Of a DNA stretch of 64,000 nucleotides, positions 12,100-24,643 are shown in pieces. Every line of letters starts with the position of its first letter. Positions within the stretch are counted from its first letter, which is position 1. The translations under genes and the position numbers were made by a program. This stretch comes from Eledone cirrhosa (Eukaryota), in NCBI GenBank assembly GCA_964016885.1, contig OZ024741.1, forward strand, positions 196,664,001 to 196,728,000, given 5' to 3'. Below the pieces are notes generated by a model. That model was not told the origin of the DNA, did not search any database, and saw only the letters and a list, made by a program, of their open reading frames with translations.

Positions 12100-13750
12100 A
12101 TTAATAACATGGCTAGCTTTTTCTTCTTCTAATTTGGCCCACTTATTCCTGGGAAGACTGTTGGAGCAGAGTTCTAAAACACTCTTTCCAGTGAGTCCTG
12201 TCAGAAGCAGCCATCTCCAATTGATTTGGCTGGATCCCCAAGCGGGACCAGCCAAGCTCATGTATGTTTTCTAACCATTTTGCTCGTGGTCTACTCTTGG
12301 GTCTCCTGCCGGTTGGTTTTGCCCATAAAATCTGTCCAGTGGTTTTTAGCAGGGCGGTAGTATGAGTGGTCGCCACTTTAACAGGGTAGATGATTGATTG
12401 ATGGTCGTTAGTTGCCAGTGTGGTAAGTGATAGTATCCTCGTTGGATTATCTTGTTGACATAGACGTGAGGGAAGGTCCCTCGATCTATTTACCATCTAT
12501 TTACAATATTCCTTTCGTCAGGTCGCCAATTCCAGCAGCATGGATTAAAGGTGTCATTGAGACACGAGTAACATAATAATGATTTCAACAGCAGAAATTA
12601 GAGATGAAATGTATGTTTATTTTTGATGTAGCACAAACAATGTTTGTTAACTTATATGGTTGAAGTTACAGATAAGAAGAGGTTACAAAAGGGAATGTGC
12701 CATTGCGCCGTTAAGCCGGCGAGGCTAGGGTGCAAGATCTCACCGTTACATTATGCGTGTTGCTGGCTTGAAGTTTCCGGTACAAGAGAGAGATTCTTCA
12801 AATTTCGCGGGGAATTTCTTCCTCAGGGCGCGCAGGGATACATCCTCTTCTACTGGCGCTGATTGGCTGAACTGAGCCAAATCACGCACAGAGAATGTAT
12901 GTGAGCCCGCGGAATGTATGTCACTACAGGTTTTTACCTGAAACATTCTAACCACATGTCCATAGTATCGGAGTTGTAATCTCTCAATTTGCTGAAGTAC
13001 CGGTTATTACCCAAGATTCATGACCATAAGTAAGGTTTGATTGAATTGAAGATAGTGAGTTTGGTTTTTACACCTACCTCCCTTCTTCTAATGACAGAAT
13101 GCTACAGCTGGTGCATTACTGTACCAACTCCTGAAATTCTTGCCCTTAATTCAGCCTTCTGCCTTCCATCACCCATGAAAATGGCCCCGAGATGCTTGAA
13201 CTTTTCCACCTGCTTCAGTGGAACACCACTCACATGTAGAGTTTACTGCACAGGCTTCCTTGAGAGGATGAGTGTCTCAATCTTTGCAGCACTGATTTTC
13301 ATTCTAGCTGTGCAGCACATCAAACATCAAGTCATTTCAGAGATCACCTTCTGATGAATTAAATAATACTATGTCACCTGCAAATTCCAGTTGACTGATT
13401 CTACACCTGCCAGTTGTGATACCACTTACAACCCAGCTGTGCATGTCGATCTTGTTCATGAAGATTGTGAATAGGTGAGGTGACAGTACGCACCCTTGGC
13501 GGAGTCTGATTCCCACATTGAATCCATCAATTCCATACTCCTGCAGAACCTGCCATGGCAGATCCCATGGAATACAATTGTATGCCTTTTCGAGATCTAC
13601 AAAACACGCAGTACTCCCACGATGTCTCAAAGACTTGCTGCAGTGTGAATTTTTGGTTGTCTGTACTGCATCCAGAGCAAAAACAACACTGATCATCAAC
13701 TGGCATCAGTTTGCCCCTTATAGACTTATAGACGTTTGAATCCTGCCAAG
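12100..13750 (-). pseudogene. Degenerate RTE-type LINE RT and 3' region, interrupted by LTR-like insert
   Basis: FVDLEKAY, GLRQGCVLSP-like and PTGRRPKSRPRAKW motifs in minus-strand ORFs. Confidence 0.7.
12347..12928 (-). mobile_element. LTR + PBS-like + short leader insertion, copy 1
   Basis: TG...CA block 12420-12928; TGGCAAC PBS-like sequence next to it on minus; flanked by ggtttt direct repeat. Confidence 0.7.
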
Positions 13751-14604
13751 ATTCGAGTTTATCTTTAGTATACAAACACCTGTAATGGAATACTCCTATG
13801 TTTTACTGGCGAAGATTCGAAACTGAATCTGAGGTTTCTCGCCTCTGGGACCACCTATTGTTGGGAGGTTCCCACCATTGTCTTTTCAAGAGACCAGGAT
13901 GATAAACATACATACCACTTGCCCTGTGATCCCAGTTTCTTGAGAGATGATATCCACATGACTGATCATAAATCAACCCCATATACACAACCTTCTAGCT
14001 ATAGCATTATTATAAATACAAGGACTTGGGGAACCCAGCAGCCAGACCGAAGCAGCAGTCTGTGAGAGATTACGATGTAGCAAATTCCCTTTTACTCTAT
14101 CTCTCTCTCCTGGCTTCACTGGCTCTCACCTTCTCGGCCACTGACTACACCACCAGGCAGAGAGACCCCGAAGCAGCAAACAGTCCGTGAGAGATAACGA
14201 TGTAGGCATCAGCAGACCTTTTACTCTATTTCTCTCTCCTCGGCAAATTTGACCAATGACAGGATAGACAAACATAAACACACACGCAGTAGGTTTACTT
14301 ATGTTTTTCACTAATCTTTCGTCTTCCTGTTATTTCATGTCTATTATATCGTTGTATTGATACATACATGCTAGCTTGAAGTAGCTAGCCAGCAAATAAT
14401 GGAGTGATAATTGCTGCCACAAGTTTATTACTCGATGTTCAATGTACCAACAAGTGAATGTTGTTATTGTAAAATAAACATTGTCAAAATCACAATTCTG
14501 GCATTATTCTTTTTATCATTCATCCACAGATGAAAACATTTATCCCGCTACACACCTAAAGGATTTAAGATAACTTTGTTTTAAACTTTAAATTGAATAT
14601 AGTT

Positions 14605-15185
14605 TAGCAGTATTGGTTATAGAGTAGTCGCCACTTTAGCAGGGTGGTAGAATCAGTGGTCGTTACTTTAACAGGGTAGATGATTGAAGGTCGTTAGTTG
14701 CCAGTGTGGTAAGTGATAGTATCCTCGTTGGATTATCTTGTTGACATAGACGTGAGGGAAGGTCCCTCGATCTATTTACCATCTATTTACAATATTCCTT
14801 TCGTCAGGTCGCCAATTCCAGCAGCATGGATTAAAGGTGTCATTGAGACACGAGTAACATAACAACGATTTCAACAGCAGTAATTAGAGATGAAATGTTT
14901 GTTTATTTATATGGTTGAAGTTACAGATAAAAAGAGGTTACAAAAGGGAATGTGCCATTGCGCCGTTAAGCCGGCGAGGCTAGGGGTGCAATATCTCACT
15001 GTTACATTATGCGTGTTGCTGGCTCGAAGTTTCTGGTACAAGCTAGAGATTCTTCAAATCTTCGCGGGGAATTTCTTCCTCCGAGCGCGTAGGGATACAT
15101 CCTCTTCTACTGGCGCTGATTGGCTGAACTGAGCCAAATCACGCACAGAGAATGTATGTGAGCCCGCGGAATGTAGGTCACTACA
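14605..15185 (-). mobile_element. LTR + PBS-like + short leader insertion, copy 2
   Basis: Highly similar to 12347-12928; TG...CA block 14705-15185; flanked by atagtt direct repeat. Confidence 0.7.
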
Positions 15186-15339
15186 ATAGTTATTGTTAAA
15201 TCTTTGGTTAAGTGTTTTTTTCATTTTTCTTCATAATGAAATCATTAAATGTAGACTCATATAAAATGAAAGTCTGTTTTAGTGAGTTATCTTGCTTCAA
15301 TATATCTTATCACAACCCACTTTCAATTTAACTCTTTTA

Positions 15340-16020
15340 TTCCTCTGCTCCTTCCACCCAACACTCGAGTTCACCATCTCCATTCACTTCCTGGACATCT
15401 CCATCGATCCCCTCACATTGCTCACTCATCATCTCTGCCTTCTTTAAGCCCACTGACTCCCACTCCTACCTCGATTTTGCCTCCTTCCACCTCACCCACA
15501 CCAAACACTCAATACCCTACTCCCAATTTCTTCGACTCCGCCGCCCATGCAGCCAAACTGAGGAATTTGAGGCTCAGGCCATTTATTTGGCTGGCCACTT
15601 CACCCAGAGAGGTTACCCCTCCCCTGTCCACACTGCTCTCACCTGCTCCTGATCCCACTGTCACACTTACTCTCACATCTCCAACACCACCACCTTCCAT
15701 GGGTCCAATAGCCAACCCCTCTGATTCTGGAACTCTCCACGAACTCCATTGCATGCTATGTGGAGCTGCCTACATTGGAGAGACATGACGGCAATTGGTG
15801 GACCAGTTTGCCAAGCACCCCCGGGACATCTGGCTTGGTAGTCAGTCACTGGTCGCTCAACACTTCCTCTCTGCCAGACACTCCTCTTACCACCTCACTG
15901 TCTCTGGCTTTATTGTGCGCTCCAGAGCTCCTGACTCACACCTTAGACACGAGCAGCACACAATTTTCTTTCTCTGGACCTGGACCAGTAACGGTCTAAA
16001 TTCCCCACCCATCTTCATTT
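15340..16020 (+). pseudogene. Old PLE remnant (RT thumb and GIY-YIG)
   Basis: KPTDSHSYLDF-like sequence at ~15447 and CMLCGAAYIGET at ~15750. Confidence 0.65.
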
Positions 16021-16344
16021 AGCTCTCCCCACAATCCTACACCCCCACACACCCTCACACACCTACACAAGTAACTCCCTTTAACCCACCCCAGCACCCA
16101 CTAATCTACTAATAGACCACCTTACTCAGCAATAACACTAATACCCCCCTTCTACATCTCCACCCTTCACCCCCCCCCCCCCACACACACACATACCCAA
16201 CGCCACCAACAACTTACAACCCTGACATCACCATACACACACACACAAGCTTACACACTCACATACATAGAAACATGAGAAAAGGTCACACAGACATACT
16301 CACGCGTGCACACTAATAGTTCACCTGTCACATCCAAATGACCA

Positions 16345-16810
16345 TGTGGTAAAAATGAAGTATCCTAGTTGGATTGTTTATCGACATAGACGTGAGGGAA
16401 GGTCCCTCGTCTATTTACAATTTTTGTAAGTGAGAATTATAACAAAGTGAGTGGGGTGTGTGCGTAAACAAGACAATAACCACAACGAGAGTTATATTTA
16501 ACAATGTAAATAATGGTGATGTTTATTTTGTTTATATGTGTTTATTATATTACAAATGAAACATACCAAATATATACGTGATCCAGTTGTAGTGAAGGGA
16601 GCGTATTACAATTACAAAGGTATTGTGGGGTTTGCTGTTTGCTGTTGCCGATGGCTGTTTATCGTTTCGTGGTACAGAGGCTGTTTTCGGTGGCGTGTAT
16701 ACCGTCTATTTTCCCGTGGCTGTCTCTGTTTACCTCTGGTGTTTTCAACCAGGGGGAGACAACTAGGCCTGGGCCATTATCCGCCAGGAGGCGTGAGGCG
16801 TCTTACTACA
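16345..16810 (-). repeat. 3' LTR of Gypsy element
   Basis: Direct repeat of 21515-21979 with few differences. Confidence 0.95.
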
Positions 16811-17028
16811 GTATCCCCTGCCGGATTTTCAAATCATCGAAAATCGATGTTATTACTCACACGTGGAGTAAGATGGCGAACAATGCAACAAGGGGGAGCT
16901 ATTCGCTCTACCAATCATTAAATCCAGAATAAGGATTTGAAAAATGTTAAAAAAACACAACATGCATGCATAAAAAAAAGGCAAAGAAAAAGCAGAAACA
17001 CAGAAGCAAAAAAGAAAGGGAACACAGT

Positions 17029-18849
17029 CTAAATATAGACGGTGCTGCAAAATGTTTTGGGCCAGTGGACCCTACGACCTGAACGGGTCGTGGTCTTGTA
17101 ACGTGGCGATGGTGGTGGTGTAGGGACAGGCGATGATGGTGGTTCAGGAACAGGCGTTCGCTCAACAGGCAAATACGAAGGGGTTCGTGGATCAGGAACC
17201 ACAGCGTCCGTGTCAAGGTGAGCCTGCTTAAGCCTGTCTATTGTAACTGTCTCTCTGGACCCTTTAATATCTAAAGTGAAATGCTTAGCCGAGCGCGCTA
17301 AGACACGGTAAGGTCCGGTGTAAGGCTGTGTGAGCGGAGGCTTCACAGAATCTTTCCTTACAAAGACATGCGTCCACGAGGCAACATCCCTCGGGACAGC
17401 AGTCTTGACAGTTTGTTTCCTAGTGTCCATTGGCGGCAAATCCTGGAAATATGAGCGCAAACGGGACACGTAGGAAGCGTGATCTTGGGCATCAAGATCG
17501 ATAGAGGCAAGCATTTGCCCGGGCAACGTCAGAGGGGCACCGTACAGTACTTCCGCCGGTGAAAATCCAAAGTCGACCTTCACCGTTGACCGAATCCCTA
17601 GTAGCACAATAGGGAGGTACTCGCTCCAATGCGCCGAGTCCATTGAGGCCATTAAGGAGGCCTTCAGTTGTCGGTGAAAACGCTCCACCATACCATTCGA
17701 AGCGGGATGGTACGCCGTAGTTCTGATGCGTTTAGCACCAATTAATTTTGACAGTTCGAGGAAAAGGCTCGACTCGAACTGTCGTCCACGGTCGGTAGTT
17801 ACTGTGGATGGAACTCCATAACGAGAGATACATCCAGACACAAGAGCACGCGCTGTTGTCTCAGCGGTGATGTTTTTCAAGGGGATGGCTTCAAGCCATC
17901 TCGAAAAACGGTCAATTATGGTCAGCAGATAAGAATAACCATCGCTGACAGGCCAAGGTCCCACTATATCAATATGAATGTGCGAAAAACGCGCATCTGG
18001 GTTAGTAAAGGTACCCAGGGGAGCCTTGACGTGTCGATGGACCTTTGATTTCTGGCAAGCGACGCAGGAACGGCACCAAGCAGCAATTTCACGCCTCATA
18101 TTTGGCCAGAAAAATCTAGCTGATATGAGCTTTGCTGTGGCAGAAGATCCTGGATGCGAGAAACTATGTAATGCCAGAAACACGGTCCGACGATGATTCT
18201 CTGGAACGAAGGGCCTAGGCACGTCCAAAGAGACATCGCAGAGAATTTGGCCAACTGCAGTCGACAGAGGCAAGTATTTCATCTCGCAATTCGCAAACTC
18301 GGGCGATGTAACATCCAATGACTCAAGGGGAGGCTGATCCGCAGCCAAACGAGTCAGATCTATGTCAGAGGGTGACGAGATCGCTGTCACGGGTAAGCGG
18401 GACAAAGCGTCGGCCGCTGTATTTAGTGAACCCGGAATGTGTTGGATATCATTCGTATATTGCGAGATGAAATCAAGGTGTCTCGTCTCTTTGGGCGAGT
18501 ATTTATCAGCCTTCGCTCTCAACGCAAAAGTCAATGGTTTATGGTCAGTGAGGATAGTAAATTGTCTACCCTCTAGCATATGTGAAAAATGTTTCACGGC
18601 CAAATAGATGGCTAAAACCTCCCTTCCAAAGGTGCTGTAGCGCGTCTCAGCAGGTTTCAGCTTTCTGGAAAAAAACTCCAGCGATTGCTGGTAACCATTG
18701 ATGTTTTGCTGTAGCACTGCGCCCACAGCGATATCTGATGCATCAACACAAAGCGTTAGTTTTGCACCGGGTACCGGGTGAGCCAGTAACGAAGCATTAG
18801 CCAAAGCAGTTTTGGCGTGCTGAAAATCAGCAAGTTGAGTGTCTGTCAA
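17029..18849 (-). CDS. pol: Gypsy pol: RNase H and integrase
   Basis: VDASD, TDHKPL, HHCC zinc finger, [27 protein letters not shown] motif. Confidence 0.93.
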   Translation of the reverse strand: MTDTQLADFQHAKTALANASLLAHPVPGAKLTLCVDASDIAVGAVLQQNINGYQQSLEFFSRKLKPAETRYSTFGREVLAIYLAVKHFSHMLEGRQFTILTDHKPLTFALRAKADKYSPKETRHLDFISQYTNDIQHIPGSLNTAADALSRLPVTAISSPSDIDLTRLAADQPPLESLDVTSPEFANCEMKYLPLSTAVGQILCDVSLDVPRPFVPENHRRTVFLALHSFSHPGSSATAKLISARFFWPNMRREIAAWCRSCVACQKSKVHRHVKAPLGTFTNPDARFSHIHIDIVGPWPVSDGYSYLLTIIDRFSRWLEAIPLKNITAETTARALVSGCISRYGVPSTVTTDRGRQFESSLFLELSKLIGAKRIRTTAYHPASNGMVERFHRQLKASLMASMDSAHWSEYLPIVLLGIRSTVKVDFGFSPAEVLYGAPLTLPGQMLASIDLDAQDHASYVSRLRSYFQDLPPMDTRKQTVKTAVPRDVASWTHVFVRKDSVKPPLTQPYTGPYRVLARSAKHFTLDIKGSRETVTIDRLKQAHLDTDAVVPDPRTPSYLPVERTPVPEPPSSPVPTPPPSPRYKTTTRSGRRVHWPKTFCSTVYI

Positions 18850-18882
18850 AGAAATGTCTTTGTTCTTCTTCCAACAATTTTT

Positions 18883-19751
18883 TTAAATCTCCGCCAGGGA
18901 GAAAAGCAATCTTGCACAATTTGGCACGAAACGCCTATAAAAGTTAATCAGGTCTAAGAACTGGCGTAACTGACGTAGTGAGGTCGGTGGAGGCAAATCC
19001 TCTATGACCTTAACTCGTTCAGGCCGGGGTCGAATACCGTCAGCATCGATGACGTGACCCAAGAAAGTCAGTGACTCAGCACCAAAACACATTTGGGTGC
19101 ATTAATCTGCACGTTATACGCCTTCAATCGGTGGAAAAGAAGATTCAAATGGTGCGTATGTTGCTCTTGAGAAGAACTAGCAATGAGCAGGTCGTCAATA
19201 TAGGTATAGACGAAATCGAGGCCACGAGTAACCTCATCCATAAACCGCTGAAACGTACGAGCGGCATTCCTTAATCCGAACGGCATGGTCAAAAACTCAA
19301 ATGACCCAAATGGCGTAACTATAGCCGTTTTTGGAATGTCATTTTTATGGACAGGAATTTGATGGTACGCACGAATTAAATCCAGTTTGGAGAATATCTT
19401 GCATCCCTGCAACGAAGACGCAAAGTCTTGCAGATGAGGGATAGGATAACGGTCCGGTTCCGTTATCGAATTTAAGCGTCGATAATCTCCAATCGCCAGT
19501 CGCTTTCGGTACCATGTGTAATGGGGACGCCCACGGGCTCGTGGACGGACGAATAATCCCCAACTGCAGCATATGATCAAACTCTGATCGTGCTGCTTTG
19601 AGTTTGTCCGAGGACGATCGTGCTGCTTTGAGTTTGTCCGAGGACGAGAAAAAACGGGAACACCAGTTGTAGTTATGAAGTGCTCCGTTTTATGAGTTGG
19701 CTCATCAATTCGAAAATTTCCCTGAGTCAGTTGCGGGAACGAGTTCAACAA
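18883..19751 (-). pseudogene. pol: Gypsy reverse transcriptase (frameshifted)
   Basis: [33 protein letters not shown]; split across frames. Confidence 0.9.
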
Positions 19752-19898
19752 CGCATGGTAAGTATCACCGGTGTTAGCAAGAAAAAAGGTCGGGCTAAAC
19801 GTTGGAACTCCTGCTGCCTTGCCAACAACAGTTAAACCAGTGATGTCATCAATTAGGCGCTTACGACGGTGGAGAAAAATGGTGGAGAAAATCCGCGC

Positions 19899-20216
19899 CT
19901 AGAATCGGATACGGCAAGGCAGCGACAGTAAATATCCATTTAAACTCGCGCCGCAGATTACGGAACTGCAAAGGTAGCGAGATTTTCCGAAGGTTCGAAT
20001 CGGCAAACAATTTACTGCCTGCAACTCAATAGGTAACTCAGGGGGAGTCTCCTTCATACAACACACAGGCCATATTGAACAAGCTACACCTGTGTCAACC
20101 AGAAAGGCTCTACCTGATAGTAGGTCCTCAATGAGAAAGTGGCGGTTGGATGATGTTTCGCAGAGCGCACTATCCGCCGTTAGTGACTCTGGTCGTCGTT
20201 TCCCATGTAAGCACAA
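19899..20216 (-). pseudogene. Gypsy aspartic protease
   Basis: FLVDTG active-site motif. Confidence 0.8.
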
Positions 20217-20942
20217 GGAAGCCTACAACGGGCGGCTTTGTCACCATATTTGTCATGGTAATAACAATATGTTTGATTTGATGTTTTGGAAAGGCTACGG
20301 TGGCGAGGAGTTGAATATGTTCGTGAGCGGCTCCTCTGCCGTCCAAAAGACCTGAATTCCTGGCACAACTCCGCCATTTGACGAGTCATGGCTTCCATTG
20401 TTTTGACTAACTTCTCATCACTCGCTGATGAGCGTGATTGAGGAAGAGAAGAGGAAGCAACGTACTTTGACTTCGAAGTGTCTCTCTTCGTCACTTCTAC
20501 TATCTTGTCAGCAGAGACAGCAATGTGGTCGAGGGTATTTACTTCTAGCATATGGGCTTGAGGTAGGCGAGAGAAGAACAATTGCTTCAAGAAAGGGCTA
20601 TCCTGATCCTGGGAATCGCTCAATTCCCGCAAATGCCGGAGAAAAGCGGTAGGGGTCCTGTCACCTAATCGTTCGTCCTCGATCAATGACCGAAAACGAC
20701 TCTCTACCGACTTACAGTTCCTTCTCAAGATCTCGCCTTTTAAAGAGTCATACGTTAAGTCAGAGGGGGGGGGGGTCTGTAATTAGGTCTTGGACCGAAT
20801 CTGCTAAATTAGGGGGAAGTCCGCTAATCAAGACAGCGAGGCGCTGGTCAGACTCGGTCTTACAGCCCGTAAAATACGCCTGTAGCTGGGCAAACCACAG
20901 CTTAGGGTTTCCGGTAAAGGCGGGCAAATGTGGCGTATTCAT
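20180..20942 (-). pseudogene. gag: Gypsy gag with CHCC knuckle, frameshift at G-run ~20765-20775
   Basis: LPAFTGNPKLWFAQLQAYF, LGDRTPTAFLRHLREL, CYYHDKYGDKAARCRLPC. Confidence 0.88.
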
Positions 20943-21514
20943 TGTGAAACGTTTAAAATAAAAATATATATATATAAACAGCAATTAATGTTCCCTCGTA
21001 CAGGGAAAAGCAAACACCCAACATGGAAATAAAATGAAAGGTCAAAAAGAAACAGACATTCAAAACATTAGGAAATAGGAAAAATACATATATATATTTT
21101 TAAAAAAATGTTTCCTTCAACGTGTGTCCCCTTGTGTTGCTTCAACGGGCCAGCCAAATCAAATAACCCGTGAAAAAGAGAAAAAAATATGTTTGTCTTA
21201 GAATATATCCACTTTGGATATCAACAATAGGTAGCCTGTGGCTAAAAATCCCTTAGGAAATATGGAACACACACAAGCAATTCAAAATGTCCCTGTCCTG
21301 GCGGAAAATTACAAAACGGGGAAGGAAAGCAACGCCATCTTGGAAAAAAGTTTTGGCTGGTTTGTATACCTTGTCAATACGGTATAAACACTTTATTATT
21401 TCTCTGTCTTTTTTTTTGTATTTTCGTAAGTTGCGAAAAGGTTGGCAACGTGGTAATAACAGTGAAGTTCAACTGAATAAAAAGGCTGCGTAACATTCTT
21501 ACGTTGGTCACCAG

Positions 21515-21979
21515 TGTGGTAAAAATGAAGTATCCTAGTTGGATTGTTTATCGACATAGACGTGAGGGAAGGTCCCTCGTCTATTTACCATTTTTGTAAG
21601 TGAGAATTATAACAAAGTGAGTGGGGTGTGTGCGTAAACAAGACAATAACCACAACGAGAGTTATATTTAACAATGTAAATAATGGTGATGTTTATTTTG
21701 TTTATATGTGTTTATTATATTACAAATGAAACACACCAAATATATACGTGATCCAGTTGTAGTGAAGGGAGCGTATTACAATTACAAAGGTATTGTGGGG
21801 TTTGCTGTTTGCTGTTCCCTTGGCTGTTTATCGTTTCGTGGTACAGAGGCTGTTTTCTGTGGCGTGTATACCGTCTGTTTTCCCGTGGCTGTCTCTGTTT
21901 ACCTCTGGTGTTCTCAACCAGGGGGAGACAACTAGGCCTGGTCCATTATCCGCCAGGAGGCGTGAGGCGTCTTACTACA
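21515..21979 (-). repeat. 5' LTR of Gypsy element
   Basis: TG...CA; followed on minus strand by PBS at 21501-21513. Confidence 0.95.
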
Positions 21980-22262
21980 ACCCTCCATTCACCCAATCTA
22001 CAGCAGTAACTAACTAACTGACCCCCCCCACACACACACACTAAGACCACTAACCCCTCCCCACCTCACCGGCCATCATCCTTTGCTCCCCACCACTATA
22101 CAGACACACCTTGCTCTCTACCACCACCGTACCTACTATTAAACACACACACACATGCTACCACCACAGCCCCCTCCCCTCCATTTCCACCGTGACTAAA
22201 CCTTCCTTGGCTGTAACGAGTACTTGACCACTGTTCTGTCCTGGATTTTACATGATACTCCA

Positions 22263-22293
<31 letters not shown>

Positions 22294-22746
22294 CACACAT
22301 GCCCATACATAAACATACACACATCCACCCTCACACACATGTACATAACACCTTTCTGCTACTGACCAAATATAATCAAAACACGTGGATTCAAACATAC
22401 ACACATACACACAATTTTCTGACACACACGTGGAAATACACATACACAGTCTAAATTACGCACTCACATACATAAAAACAATAGAAACATGTCACATACA
22501 CACGGATGGACACAGAGACATACCTAAACATAAACACACAGACACATAGGAAAGGTTCCCTCTACAGATAATACACAGCCACTAACACTCACATAAATAG
22601 AAACAATAAAAAACATCACCTATACACACCCATGTGTAGTCACACTCACACACTCATTCAACACACTCATGATAATACACACACACACTCACAATTGTAC
22701 ACACTCACATACATAGAAACAACAGAAAAAGCTCCACACACTCACA

Positions 22747-22827
<81 letters not shown>

Positions 22828-23049
22828 AACTCACTGACATACACACACACACACATAACAGTGTGCACACATCAACTATATAAGACTCTGGGACATACAT
22901 CTCTACCAATTCCTTCCCTTTGGCACACACACACAACCGAAACATTGAACCCTCCTCCACTTCCTCCAAGCGTGAACCTAATATAACTGTAATTTTGCTT
23001 CCTGTGTTTTGTTTGTTTCATTTATTAACTATATATATATAGATACATA

Positions 23050-23757
23050 CCGTATATGTTGGCATACAAGTCGATCCGGTGATAAGGTCAACCCCTAAAA
23101 TTCTGAGGTGTAATTCAGGTTTAGGCCTATATTTGCCAGATAAGACAACCCCCCAAAAATAAGGCAGTTGCAGGGGAAATAATTCAAAAAGTTAGTGGTG
23201 TGCTAAAGGCTAAGACACTTCTTCTAAAACACTTCAGTTGCAAGTGAGTTGTAACTCACTGAGTAAACCAGCCTAGCCTAACCTTAACGAATCTATGGCA
23301 ACTTACCTTATGAGCTATGGCAAGTCATTGATAAGGCGGTGGAATGGCAGTATCGGTAGAGGGTCGGACGCCATGCTTTGAAGCATAGAGTTACCTCCCT
23401 TTATGATCTGAGTTCAAATCCCGCCGAGGTTAACTTTGCCTTTCATCCTTACGGGGTCGATAAAATAAAGTACCAGTAATGCACTGGAATAATTGCTGGC
23501 CTTGTGCCAAAAGTAGAAACAATTATTATAATCTCTACATTAAATAGACTTAACAAATATGAGATTCAGTCGGAAATAATTGTGGTGCGCTGCTAGAGTT
23601 ATGGTAAGAAGTGTACAATAAGTGTTAAGCAGGCAGTTTCACTGTTTACCCCTCAGTGGTAAAGGTTCACATTTTAGATTTGGCGGACAAGTCTACCCCT
23701 GGTTTTGAAGAGATATTTTTAGGCTCCAAATGTCAACTTGTACGCCGGCATATATGG
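23050..23757. mobile_element. Tc1/mariner-superfamily MITE with nested SINE (23334-23525)
   Basis: Imperfect TIRs ccgtatatgttggcatacaagtcga / tcaacttgtacgccggcatatatgg with TA on both sides. Confidence 0.7.
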
Positions 23758-23816
23758 TACATATGTTCAAACTGCTCACAGAATATATGAAAAAACCTTT
23801 TTTGATATTTAGTTTA

Positions 23817-24002
23817 TGGTGGATTGGCAGTATCAGTAGAGGGTCGGACGCCATGCTTTCCAGCATAGTTACGTCCCTTTACGATCTGAGTTCAAATCCC
23901 GCCGAGGTTGACTTTGCCTTTCATCCTTACGGGGTCGATAAAATAAAGTACCAGTAATGCACTGGGTAATTGCTGGCCTTGTGCCTAAAGTAGAAACAAT
24001 TA
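23817..24002 (+). mobile_element. tRNA-derived SINE copy
   Basis: Near-identical to 757-930. Confidence 0.8.
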
Positions 24003-24597
24003 TTTAATATCTGATAAGATTGATATACCAACTGTTGATATACAATGTAACTATTATAAAATTATTCATTCTGTCAGATTAAAGAAGAAAATAATCTTTA
24101 AATATACTTCTGTACTTTTTCACTTTTACTTTTTAAAATATAACATTTGATTGATTTGAACTTTACCCCCTTTTTTAAAACTATATATATCCATCTATCT
24201 AAGGCGGGTAAAATTCCCGAGATCCATGGATGAGTTCTCTCCAGCGGTCTCTGTCCCTCATTATCGCTGCCATGTCCAGCGTCTGTCCTTAGGGCATCAA
24301 CATACGTTAACCTTGGTCTTCCATATATATATAGAGAGAATAGAATTAGGATTTAGCTTCATGCATAGCTGTATACAGATATGTATTGGAATTTATAGGT
24401 AAACATTTAGAAAGCCGTAGATATGCAAAACACCAGGGCTATGCTCAAAGCTAAATTCTAATTCTATTCTATTATAAGTTGAGCCAACTTATATGCAGAT
24501 TCATATGCAAATGAGATTAATCACCTTCATTTACACAGACGAGAAAACCATATATTCTCTCCTGTTTTCAAAGTCCATCAGTTGCAAGAGTGGGAGG

Positions 24598-24643
24598 GAT
24601 TGTACTGATGAGAACCAGCTAAGTTCGAAATACATCGACGATT
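24598..24643 (+). ncRNA. Minimal type I hammerhead ribozyme, canonical core
   Basis: gattgta CTGATGA GAAC cagctaa GTTC GAAA taca TC gacgatt; lies in nested inverted repeats 24336-24730. Confidence 0.7.

Larger units (their letters stand above)
16345..21979 (-). mobile_element. Full-length Ty3/Gypsy LTR retrotransposon, CsRn1 lineage, frameshifted
   Basis: Two ~465-bp TG...CA LTRs; PBS TGGTGACC (tRNA-Trp-like); PPT GGCAGGGGATAC; order gag-PR-RT-RH-IN; Gag CX2HX9CX3C; imperfect 4-bp TSD acca/accc. Confidence 0.95.

Noticed and set aside
12420-15185. Single LTR element with 1.8-kb interior
   Set aside because: Both LTRs carry their own PBS/leader and TSD; the interior is host LINE remnant, with no PPT or gag-pol
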